Shown piece by piece: positions 13,049 through 24,700 of a stretch of DNA of 64,000 bases. The stretch's first letter is position 1, and the number at the start of each line of letters is the position of its first letter. A model generated the notes under the pieces. The model searched no databases. It saw only the letters and a list, made by a program, of their open reading frames with translations, and was not told the origin of the DNA. Source of the DNA: Eledone cirrhosa (Eukaryota); the NCBI GenBank assembly GCA_964016885.1, contig OZ024745.1, positions 111,414,001 through 111,478,000 of the forward strand. The letters are read 5' to 3'. Both the position numbers and the translations under genes were made by a program.

Positions 13049-13390
13049 GGAGGCACATGGCTTAGTGGTTAGAGCATTGGCCTTGCATTGTTGTGAGTTC
13101 AATTCTCAGACCGGGTGATGTGTTGTTTCCTTGAGCAAGACACTTTATTTCACATTGCTCCAGTTTACTCAGCTGTAGAAATGAGATGATAGGACTGGGG
13201 CCCCTATCATTCCATGGCACCTACACAACCACTGCAAAGTGGTTGTGTAGGTGCCAAGGCAAAAAAGCACCCAGCACTCACTGTAAATGAGGTTGGTGTT
13301 AGGAAGGGCATCCAGCTGTAGAACTCAAGCCAGAATCAGTTCCCGTCCCACCCTTGCAAGCAGGGAAAAGCGGACGTAAAATGATGACGA
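13049..13390 (+). mobile_element. tRNA-derived SINE family B (~340 bp, young)
   Basis: A box TGGCTTAGTGG, B box GTTCAATTC, central TCCTTGAGCAAGACACTT, AGGAAGGGCATCCAGC domain, (TGA)n tail; inserted in an ATACACCCATAGTTAACATAC minisatellite. Confidence 0.9.
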
Positions 13391-13544
13391 TACACCCATA
13401 GTTAACATACATATACACTCATAGTTAACATACATATACATATAGACCCATAGTAAACATACTCTAACAAAATACACCCGCGTCCCACTACCCCCACCCC
13501 ATCCACACCACCCCTTTCAATGTAAAGTTATGTTGGTACCACAA

Positions 13545-13812
13545 CATCCAGCCCGAAACAAATGAGGTCGTGTAGGTGCCACGACAAAAAAAAACACACA
13601 GTCCACGCTGTAATGTGGCCGTGTAGGCAACACGGTAAAAACCTCCCAGTCCCACACTGTAAATGTGGTTGGTGTTAGGAAGGGCATCCAGCTGTAGAAA
13701 AGCCGCCAGACAGTCCTATGCGAGCAAGACAACCACTCTTGCCTCAAGTGGGAAAACTCCCGTCCAAACCCATGCAAGCGTGGACGTTAAACGATGGATG
13801 ATGATGATGATG
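13545..13812 (+). mobile_element. SINE-like family C
   Basis: Matches 7108-7326; two tandem ~50-nt modules precede the shared domain. Confidence 0.8.
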
Positions 13813-13867
13813 ATATACATATATATATACATATATATATACATATATATATACATATATATATATA

Positions 13868-14208
13868 CATCATCATCATCATCATTTTACGTCCGCTTTT
13901 TCCCTGCTTGCAAGGGTGGGACGGGAACTGATTCTGGCTTGATTTCTACAGCTGGATGCCCTTCCTAACACCAACCTCATTTACAGTGAGTGCTGGGTGC
14001 GTTTTTGCCGTGGCACCTCCACGACCACTTTGCAGTGGAATGATATGGACCCCAGTCCCTATCATCTCATTTCTACAGCTGAGTAAACTGGAGCAATGTG
14101 AAATAAAGTGTCTTGCTCAAGGAAACAACACATCACCCGGTCTGAGAATTGAACTCACAACCTTTCGATTGCAAGGCCAATGCTCTAACCACTAAGCCAT
14201 GTGCCTCC
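13868..14208 (-). mobile_element. SINE family B, full length
   Basis: Reverse complement of the 13049, 48672 and 56842 copies; near identical to 57811-58150. Confidence 0.92.
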
Positions 14209-14224
14209 ATCTACATATATATAC

Positions 14225-14270
<46 letters not shown>

Positions 14271-15031
14271 AATGATTCAGGATGACAGCGGGGGGGAGAG
14301 GGGGGGGGTGAAAGATTTATTAGTTGAACCATTGAGTTCTATCCAAAATGGCTTCTGAAAGACAGGAAAGGGTGTGTTTCCTGTTTTGTTTACTCTCTAC
14401 GTGCAAATGGCTGCCATGTGAAATCAATGCATATCAGTGTGAAAGTGGTTGACTGTAGCTAGAACAGGCTATAATCATTGACACCGACAGAGTGTGTGCT
14501 AGTGACAATATACGGTGTCATGTTCAATAAGTGATCGGGCTGCATGCTGTGAAGGCATACTTACACGGAAAGCTGCACACGGGAAAACAAACATTTCTTT
14601 ACATCAACACATGACAGCATTTACTTTAGTTTTTTTTTGTTTTTGTTTTTTTTTTTTTTTTTTGTTTTTTTTGTTTTGTTTTTCCCAGGAAAAGTACTGC
14701 CATGCAATATGCAATGCAATGCAATGCAATCACCAAACATGTAGAAATAAACAACCTTGAATTTGTTATATTCAGTAAAATATGGTAAGGCAATGCCAGG
14801 AGAAAACAAAGGAAAGTTAGAGTGGAGTGTGTGTGTATGTGTGTGTGTAATTGTGAGTGAGGGAAGGGAGTTTAAATTGCAGAGTTTATCAAAGAGAACC
14901 AACAAACAAAAACAAAATGTTACCTCTCCCTCATCAACTATGCCCTCACCTTAAAATATTTATGCATGCATTTATTTTCATAAACAAGTCAAAAGTAGAC
15001 AAAATCAATTGGTCTTTCTCCTATACTCCCC

Positions 15032-15062
<31 letters not shown>

Positions 15063-15824
15063 ACAATTACACACACACACACACACACACAATTACACAC
15101 ATACACAGAGGTAAACAGCTTAATCCACAATTTGTTGTTTTGAATACCATTATCAACTATGATCAATTTTTTTTTTTTTTTTTTTTTATACACAAGCAAA
15201 TTTCAAGCCAGATGACTGGCTTCATAGAATTCACATATATATGACATCATCACATGACATCATCACATGATCTCATCACATGGCATCACCACATGCAAAG
15301 TAAATAAGGAATATTTCAGACGATGGATGCTTGCACCATAGAGAAAATTGTATTCATTCAGTTATGTTTGTATTTTGCATTCCTTGCAAAAATATTTTTG
15401 AATAAGGTAGGATCATTGATGAAAAACAACACCTCCTGCCTCATTCATTTAATATTGTTGTTGTTGTTGTTGTTGTCAAGGTCATCTCAGATTAGCAGAC
15501 CTATGACATGGAGGTGAATGATGGAATGACTAAGTGTAACACACATATGCTTATTGTTCCATATATGCCATGCCCCCAGCTAGTGTTCTTGTTAATGTTG
15601 TTCAGCCAAACTTACATACATTCATATGGCCGAACCTGGTTTATATGACATTGGGAGGACTTTCCTGTTTATAAACACGCAAATAAGGAATGAAAATATA
15701 TAAGGAGTGTATATTGTCACTCAGGCTGACTTAAGCAAATGCACTTATTGTGTATGTGACTGTGTGAATATGCTGTTGTGTACATGTGTGTGTGTGCATA
15801 TATATATATGTGTGTGTGTGTATG

Positions 15825-15995
15825 TAAAAGGTAAACAGAAATAAAAACATAATCGGTACAGTTTATGGAAGGAATATATTAGTTTAACACTTAACATAGC
15901 AGGAAGAGGGTCTTAAGGTTTCGGATGCTAGTCCTTCATCAGAAGAAAGAATGAGAAATTAGAAAGATTGAAGGGACGGGCAGGGTGGAATTAGA
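15825..15995 (-). mobile_element. Probable PLE-derived terminal fragment with a decayed hammerhead-like motif
   Basis: Minus strand CTGATGA-A-GGA-CTAGCA-TCC-GAAAC-CTTAAG (15912-15942); no intact stem I or NUH site. Confidence 0.45.
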
Positions 15996-15999
15996 GTGA

Positions 16000-16250
16000 A
16001 GGTGCTTGGCTGAGTGGTTAGGAAATTGGATTCACGATCATGAGGTTGTGATTTCAATTCCCGGATCAGGCGATGCGTTATGTCCTTGAGCAAGACACAT
16101 CATTTCCCATTGCTCCTTCTGCCTGGATTTGTGACCTACAGATAGTATTAGCAATTGGAAAGACCAATGGAAACATTGTTTCCTCAGTTCAATTGAACAA
16201 GCTGCACCCAACTTGTTAAGCGAATGAGGTCAGGGATCTTGTTGATCAAC
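16000..16250 (+). mobile_element. tRNA-derived SINE family E
   Basis: tRNA-like head plus GTCCTTGAGCAAGAC core; tail homologous to 35688-35935. Confidence 0.75.
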
Positions 16251-17237
16251 TGTCGATGTATGTACACACAAACACACACAATCATTTTGTGAGATTCAAT
16301 GATAAACATTCCAGTTGTTCATTACAGTGAACTCTCTGTGAATAGTTAGCTGAATATTCCACAGACACATGTACTCTTTGGTAAGCAAAAACAGTCCAGA
16401 AGAGAGAGAGAGAGTGTGTGTGTTTATGTTGTGCCCTTTTATGTCCAGTAAATGAGTAGTAAGACAAACAGAATATGTTGAAATAAATACAGAATTCCAA
16501 TGTGGTATTTCTTCGATGAAATCTCCATAGAAGGATACCATAAACACATATACAAAAGATGTCTAATTTTTCCTATTGAAGCTTTCTACATTGTGAGTTT
16601 AAGCAATAATATTAATTCGAAATATATACATTTGCTTCTCAAAATATAATATATAATCAAAACAGATATATTAAAGGCTAATATTAACAGCAATAAAATA
16701 CTAAATGACTAACTATAAGAGCTGCTATTTCTAATTTTCTTGTCATTAGTCAGCAGACTAAAATGTTGAGAAAAATGGTGGATTGGCTTTTATAAAAAGA
16801 AACATATTAAATTGTAGAAAAATAATTAAAAGCAATGAGCAACACTTGATATAACAGAAACACTTGATTAAAATGAAGCGGTAATGGTAAAAAAAAATGA
16901 AATGAATATAAAAGAATGTCTAGCCTCACAGCGTTACATCATGTCGAACCCATGCAAGCATGGAAAATAAATGTTAAATAAATGTTAAATGATGATAATG
17001 ATGACGTTCACTAAATCCAAACTCAGTTTTGGAAAATGAAAATGAATATTATTCACACAAGTTAATATAAGTTTAGAAACATATTCTCTTACGCCAACAA
17101 AACAAGACCTGTAAAAATTATAACTAAAAATAACCATCCTGTTAATGTAAGAAAAAAAAAGTTTAGGTTTAAATTTGAAGCAGGCTTGAGAAACTGCTAA
17201 AGTTTTCATGTTAACTTTGATAATTTCACAGCATTAA

Positions 17238-17880
17238 CCCTTTCATTACTGTGTTTTATATGAAATACACTGTGTTTCAATAAATTTTGAATATACCCAA
17301 ACATTTAGAGGAATTAGATAAAATAACTGCTTTTCATTAGTAAGCTGATATTTAGAACATTACTTAACAGCAATTTCTAAAATAAAATTATAATGAAAGA
17401 TTTTGATATAACAATAAACATTTTAACCCTTTAGCATTTACATTACTCTATATATACTATTGTATTTTCACGATAAGCACTTTATCTCATATAGTTATCT
17501 CATATAATATCGAATCTATGAGATTTTGATATTATTTATTTTGAGAACAATACCTTAACATCAGTATAAGCAGCTAGTTACGGTCGGCTTGAACAGAAAG
17601 AGGCAAGAGAATTCTGGCCGGATATGGCCAGTTTAAAATGCTGAGGGTCGGATAAAAAGTTCATAGGCTGACTATGATGGAGTGATGCTACTGCTGTGAA
17701 ATCTTGCATACATTGATTTCAACTCTTCTTATTAATAACTGCATTGTTTCTTTCCAGGGACTTTGTTGAAAAATAAACTTCATTTGTTCATTTCATGAGA
17801 GTATCTTGGCCAGCCTATGAACTTTTCAGCCGACCCTCATAAATCCAGGCCAATTAAAGGTTAAGTTGGTATTAAAGGAG
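17238..17880. mobile_element. Nested MITEs: piggyBac family 1 containing family 2 (17427-17642) and a mariner-type MITE
   Basis: TTAA-CCCTTT termini at 17234 and 17423; TTAA at 17881. Confidence 0.7.
17642..17839. mobile_element. Tc1/mariner-type MITE
   Basis: ~29-bp TIR TGAGGGTCGGATAAAAAGTTCATAGGCTG / CAGCCTATGAACTTTTCAGCCGACCCTCA, followed by TA. Confidence 0.8.
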
Positions 17881-18669
17881 TTAAAGACCAAATTTTTTAG
17901 AGGTTCATTCCGCCCATCATAAACATTTTTTTTTTTTTAACTCTTTAGTCAGTGAGGTGAGGGTAGTATCCATGACTATATTCATGACCTGTGAGACCAG
18001 CAGTGGAGAGGAAGAGAAAAAGGAGGAAGGTATTCTCAAACGAGAGATCTGGTCTAAATGCTTACAATAGAGTGGACTCTGTTAAAGCCACCCAAGATCT
18101 ATGTGGTGGTGTTTAAACCAGGCAACTGATTATATATGTCTACCATGCAGACAACAGCAAGAATTTGAACTCAGAAAATAAAGAGCTAAAACAAATACAA
18201 CAAAGTATTTCATCCACAAAATCTGGACTGATTTTATTGATTTTATTGACCTTAAAAAAAAAAATGAAAGACAAAGTTGACCTCAGTGAGGTTTGAACAT
18301 AAAGCACAGAAAGCCAGAATAAAAACTATAAGGTATTTTCTCTAATGCTTTAATGATTCTGCCAATTCACTGCTACTAGTGGGTTATCAGAAATAGCAAC
18401 AAACAACAATGAACAAGAATCTTATTAGTTAACTAACCATATAATGAACATAAAAAAAATGTTTCCATATTAATTGAAGCACCAGAATATAAGAATATCA
18501 AGTAATAAGATGATGTTTTGATGAGAAAATAATCAAATGACTGGTAAGTTTTAGTTTAAAGATGAAACTGAAGAAATATCCAAGAAACTGATATTTTTTT
18601 CTTATAAAACCTCAAATTTACAATAAAGTTGGAATGCTGCCTTCTAACTCATAGAATACATGTGTGTAG

Positions 18670-18707
<38 letters not shown>

Positions 18708-18869
18708 AATTATATTGTAGTTCTTGTTTAATCTCAGGTCAGTCCTACTCTTGCAGATGTATGATTAAAGACACTCCAGCCTTAACCATCTTTTCTTTTT
18801 CAGATATAATGCATCTAAGAGTTTTAAGGTGGTGGAGTGTAATTAAAAGATTTACTGAGTGGGATGGAA

Positions 18870-19067
18870 CTCGTCCAATTGGACAAAGGAAACAATGTTT
18901 CTTTGGTCTTTCCACTGCTAATACTCTCTACTAGTTGCAAATCCTGGCAGAAGAACAATGTGAATTAAAGTATCTTGCTCAAGGATATAATGCATTGTTC
19001 AGTCCAGGAATCAAACTCGCAACCTCATGGTTGTGAATCCAATTCTCTAACCACTAAGACATGTGCC
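18870..19067 (-). mobile_element. SINE family E, decayed
   Basis: Reverse tRNA head CTCTAACCACTAAGACATGTGCC and TCTTGCTCAAGGA core. Confidence 0.7.
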
Positions 19068-19071
19068 TTAA

Positions 19072-19288
19072 CCCTTTAGCATTTGCATTATTCTATATTT
19101 ACTATTGTATTTTCACAGTAAACACTTTATCTCAGATAATTATCTCACATAATAATCTACAAGATTTTGATATTACCTATTTTAAGAAGAATACCTTAAC
19201 ATAAGTATGAGCAGCTGGTTATGGCCAGTTTGAAGAGAAAGAGGTGAGAGAATTCTGGCCAGATACAGCCAGTTTAAATTCTAAAGGG
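19072..19288. mobile_element. piggyBac-type MITE family 2, cleanest copy
   Basis: TTAA target duplication on both sides; TIR CCCTTTAGCATTT / AAATTCTAAAGGG. Confidence 0.85.
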
Positions 19289-20033
19289 TTAATGGTCAAA
19301 ACAATGGTAAAAGAAAATTCTATATATATTCTTTACAATTATAGAAACTCGAAGCCTGCTTTAGATGGCTATCATTTCTATAATAGCAGGTTCTACTTGC
19401 AATATTTAAATTGGTCAAATCTAGACGTTTCCTTCCTCAAAAATGACAATTCTAGTTGTTGTTTTATATCTTCTATATTTTTATTTTGCCAAAATACATT
19501 CTGATTTTCTTCTGTCTAAATATTCACCCTTTTTTTGTTTTAAATACTTTCTTCAATCACACTGCTACTTAGAATTAAACATATAATATTCATATTAACT
19601 CTCTCTCTCTCCCTCTCTCTCTGTGTGTGTCTGTGTGTATGCACATATATAAAATTTGCTTTGAGATAATTTTCTAACTTTTTTTTCTCTTAAGAACTTC
19701 CTTTTCTTTGTTCATGAATCAGTCTCTCTCTCTCTCTCTCTTTGCTTCTCTTCCTTCTCTCCTTCCCTCTCTCTCTCTCTCAAAATCAATGCATGTAGAT
19801 CTTTTCTCTTTCTATTTCTAGTATTTCTTTTCTAACCCTAGAACCCACCCAATCACCCCCCCCCCCTTCTCACCCACTTATTGATCTCTTCATTACTATA
19901 TCAGTTTTTCTCTCAATTTATCTCACTAGCAATCTTTTCAGTCCATCTATGTTTGTATAACTACATTCCACCTGTCTTTTTATATACTTGACTCTATTAC
20001 TTGTTTATTGATCTATCTATATATCATACAAAT

Positions 20034-20548
<515 letters not shown>

Positions 20549-21160
20549 CCACACTTTCCCCCTCTTTTTTTTAATCTATCGATATATCATATCTCCTCTC
20601 TCCCTCTCTTTATCTATCAATATCTATTTGTCTCTTTATCTATCTATCAGTTTATCAATCTATGTTCTCATCAGTCTATCATATGCCTACACTTTTCTTC
20701 TATTCCCACAACACCCTTTTTCCATATTTCTATATCCATATCTACATCTATGTGTAGGCTTCAGAAAATGTGTCTCCATATATAATAAATAAACGTTTAC
20801 ATAATATCAAGCTGCCAAAACGAATGGCAAGCATCTCAAGAGATTATAGTTTTCAGCTTTTCCTCATGATGGGACATCATGAGGAAAAGCTGGTCCCCAA
20901 AACATGTTGTGAATCTTTATATATTAATCACCTAACACAAATATTTAACTATATATATATATATACACATAGTTGATAAATGAAACAAAAGAAACACAGG
21001 GCTGCAAAAATACAAAGTCATATTAGGTTCATGCTGGGACACGAACACACACACTCACACACATACATACACACAGACAGACAGACATACACACACACAC
21101 ACACACATACATACATACATACATACATACATACATACATACATACATACATACATACAT

Positions 21161-21195
<35 letters not shown>

Positions 21196-21545
21196 TATAT
21201 ATATATATATATTCAATCAAGATTCTGATGATGTTTGTAGTTTATTCTCTAAAATCTCTTTCAGAGTAACTGAATATTTCCAACAAACTATTTCTCTTCA
21301 GCTTCACCAGATTTCCTACATGTCTCTCTCTGTCCATTTCTCATCCCTTCTCTCCTTTACACATGCTTCATATAGTTGCATTGAGAATTAAACATTTTGT
21401 TGACAAAGACAAAAACAAAAACAACCCAACAACTCCCTGGTCTTCTATTGATTTCTTTCTTGTAGCCACAAAACATTCATGACAACAAACCCCAGTGTTG
21501 ATAACGGTTACCTAGATAACAGATATTATCTCTTACTTTTATAAG

Positions 21546-21729
21546 GGCGGTGGATTGGCAGTATCGGTAGAGGGTCGGACGCCATGCTTTCCAACATAGT
21601 TACGTCCCTTTACGATCTGAGTTGAAATCCCGCCGAGGTTGACTTTGCCTTTCATCCTTACGGGGTCGATAAAATAAAGTACCAGTAATGCACTGGGTAA
21701 TTGCTGGCCTTGTGCCTAAAGTAGAAACA
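21546..21729 (+). mobile_element. SINE family A, short form, full length with 18-bp target-site duplication
   Basis: TSD ATTATCTCTTACTTTTAT at 21525-21542 and 21730-21747. Confidence 0.92.
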
Positions 21730-24700
21730 ATTATCTCTTACTTTTATTGAACCAGCTGAGATATTCATGAACTCTATTTCATAGGATTCCAACTGCTAGC
21801 TACCCCTGTACACCTGACATATCTAAAGTTTTCTTGCAGTCTGCCAGATCTCAGTACATTGTTTTCATATTCTTCTGAACTCACTGCTGGCAGTCTGAAA
21901 ACTGGATCAAGTTCGTATTGAGGTCGTGTCAGTTTTGATGATGAATGTTCCAGTGTTTCAATCAATGGAACAGCCTGCTCATGAAATTATTATGTAAAGG
22001 GCTGAGCAACACCTGTACCTTAACATAATTCTCAGGGAGATTCAGCATGATACAGTGTATGACGAAGTAAATGAAGGCTACACCTTCTTGTTACAATCCT
22101 ACCAGGGAGCAATTACGTAGTCACTAAAGCTCCTAGAAATAGCAGCCAAATTTCCTTTGAATTACATTCTTAAATCTTGTAAATAGGAAAAATCCATTGA
22201 ATAATATAACCCTAGATATGCTATGATCATGGCTAGAATGTCTCTGATCATAGCTATGTTTCATTAGAGATGTACTGGAGCTAAATAATAACAACAATGT
22301 AACTCTATGAGTAACTGGTATAACCTCAACATATCCATAACACATCCATTATCCCAGTAACTATACATGCTAAGCATGCAGTTTTTCCAACCTTTGTTGC
22401 ATTAGTTACTTCACTAATATATCTGTGTGAAGGCATATGGCCAAGTGGTTAGGATGTTGAACTCACAATCATAATGTTGAGGGTTCAATTCTTGGACTGG
22501 GTGGTTCATTGTATTCTTGAGCAAAACACTTCATTTCACGTTGCTACCAATTTAGAAGCCATTAGCTTGCTGCAGGGTGTTTTTTGGTTTTTCTTTTACC
22601 TTAGAAATACCCAGCAGTCTTCTGTATTATAAGACCTAAACTACTCTTCTTTATCAAAGTAGGTCACTACATGGCAATTGAGCCTCATAGATGGACATTC
22701 TTTAGCTTCCATACAATCCTTCAATCCTTCTTATTGTTATGATTTGTTTTCTAGTCTTTCAGGAAGGAAGAGGCAATATTCAATCTGAACTCACTAGCCA
22801 AAAATCTCTGATCTGAACTAAAAACTGACTCTATTCATTAACCTAGCTAAATAACAAATATCTCCTCAACAAAGATAATCAGTGAGGTAGTTTTACAGTG
22901 ACAGGGTAATCAACAATGTGTCGTGACAGTTAATCAATGAAGATAATCAAAGAGATTAGATATTTCAGATAATTGCCAAGTCAACATGGCAGTCATGATA
23001 ATTACTGAGGTACAATGAATATTAAGCTAACTGTTAGTGTACCATAAGGGTAAACAGTGCCGAGAAAGAGAGCAAGGGAAATCTCTAAGACAATCAAGGC
23101 TATGGTGGGGGGGGGGGTACTCACCATTTGTTTTCAATGGCTAGTGGGAAGACGATGGGGAGGGGGCTACAAAAACACCAACAACAACAGCAATAATAAT
23201 GACAATAAACAACTAACCATTAAAATACTATTACGATAAAGATAACCACTGAAATACTTTGACACAGGAGATAATCTCTGAAATACTTGACAAATAGAAG
23301 GGGAAAAAAAATAAAAGAAACAGACAAAAACAAAATATCACATCAAAAAGATGATAATCTTTTTAAACTGCTGTTGCCATCGATTTGTTCAGTTCTTGAT
23401 TTTAAATCTACCAGCCTTTTCTGAATCGATTAGATTCAGCAAATAGGTTTTTGATAAAATTAACATCTGCCAGTCATCGCTTGTAAGAGACATTTAATGA
23501 GAGTGGGTTATTGCGACATCAATGGAGAGAGAGAGAGAGAGAGAACATAGGATTAATTGCACTGAAGACCAACATAGTCAATAGCTACAACTTTAAAATC
23601 TCAACCAAGAAAAGAGAAAATATTAAAAATCAATAGTAAAATTTCTTCTTTTTTCAAAAATCATTTAAAACAAAAAAAAAATATTTTAAAAAAAATAGAT
23701 AAATAGAAACAGACAAAAATGTGCAAAAGAAAAGTCACAGAGAGTTACAAGTGAAGAGGAGATGTAGAGGAGACAAAAGAAATCTGACAACATTTTGTTT
23801 ATTTCTTTCTACATTCACTGCTGACAGAAAAATATACAAATACCAAAATTAACCAATCATACTGAAAGAAAGTGGTTGTTGCTACTTGATCAAACAAATA
23901 GTCTTTTTTGACACACAGCTTCTGACACCAAATCAGTTATAATAAACTAAGTCCTCAAACTGTTAGTTTAAATATAGAAAAGAAAAAAAAAAGAAAAAGC
24001 AATAAATTTGATGATAATAATAATAATAATAATAATATTACTAATAATGCTAATGGTGATGATAATGATAATAGTAATGACGATAATGGTAATAACAATC
24101 CCCCCCCCCCCCCCCCATCAAAACTTAAAACTTTTTGGAGCTGTATAAAACAGAAAATGCTTTAATGTCTCACTTCGTTCTTGTCATTTATTTATGCAAT
24201 GTCTGATTTCTTCTTGTTTGATTTTTCATTAAAACACAATTTGCTAAAGTAGTTGGATGATTAAAGGATGCAGTTGTTTATTCTTTAAATTTATTTTTAG
24301 CTTTTCTCAAATGAGATAAAACGGCAAGAGTTAAAGCGTTTGTTTGCCAACTTCACTGCGAATGCAGAAAAAAAAAAATCAGTTAATTTGTAGTTTTTTT
24401 TACTGTTGTTGTTTTGTTTTGTTTGTTTGTTTTTTATTTAATTTTTTATTTATTTTTTGTTAACTGGCTTAAGAATTAGTAAAATAGTAATCAATCACTG
24501 AAACATAATATAAACTATCATACTCAAATAAAGTGGTAAGCCGAAGACACTAACCTTTTGTCTTTAGTCTCTTGGATGTCTTTTTTGGAGAGGGCAGAAA
24601 CTGTTCCGTTTTGGCCTGAGACTGTTGAACTCTTGACATATTTCAAACCAACCCACTCACTCACCTACCATTGCCTTATAATTTACTATTATACTGCACT

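Noticed and set aside
13049-13120. tRNA gene
   Set aside because: A and B boxes are present but it is the head of a multi-copy SINE with no complete cloverleaf acceptor stem.
22883-22900. let-7-like TGAGGTAGT seed
   Set aside because: Match ends after 9 nt and no precursor hairpin is evident.
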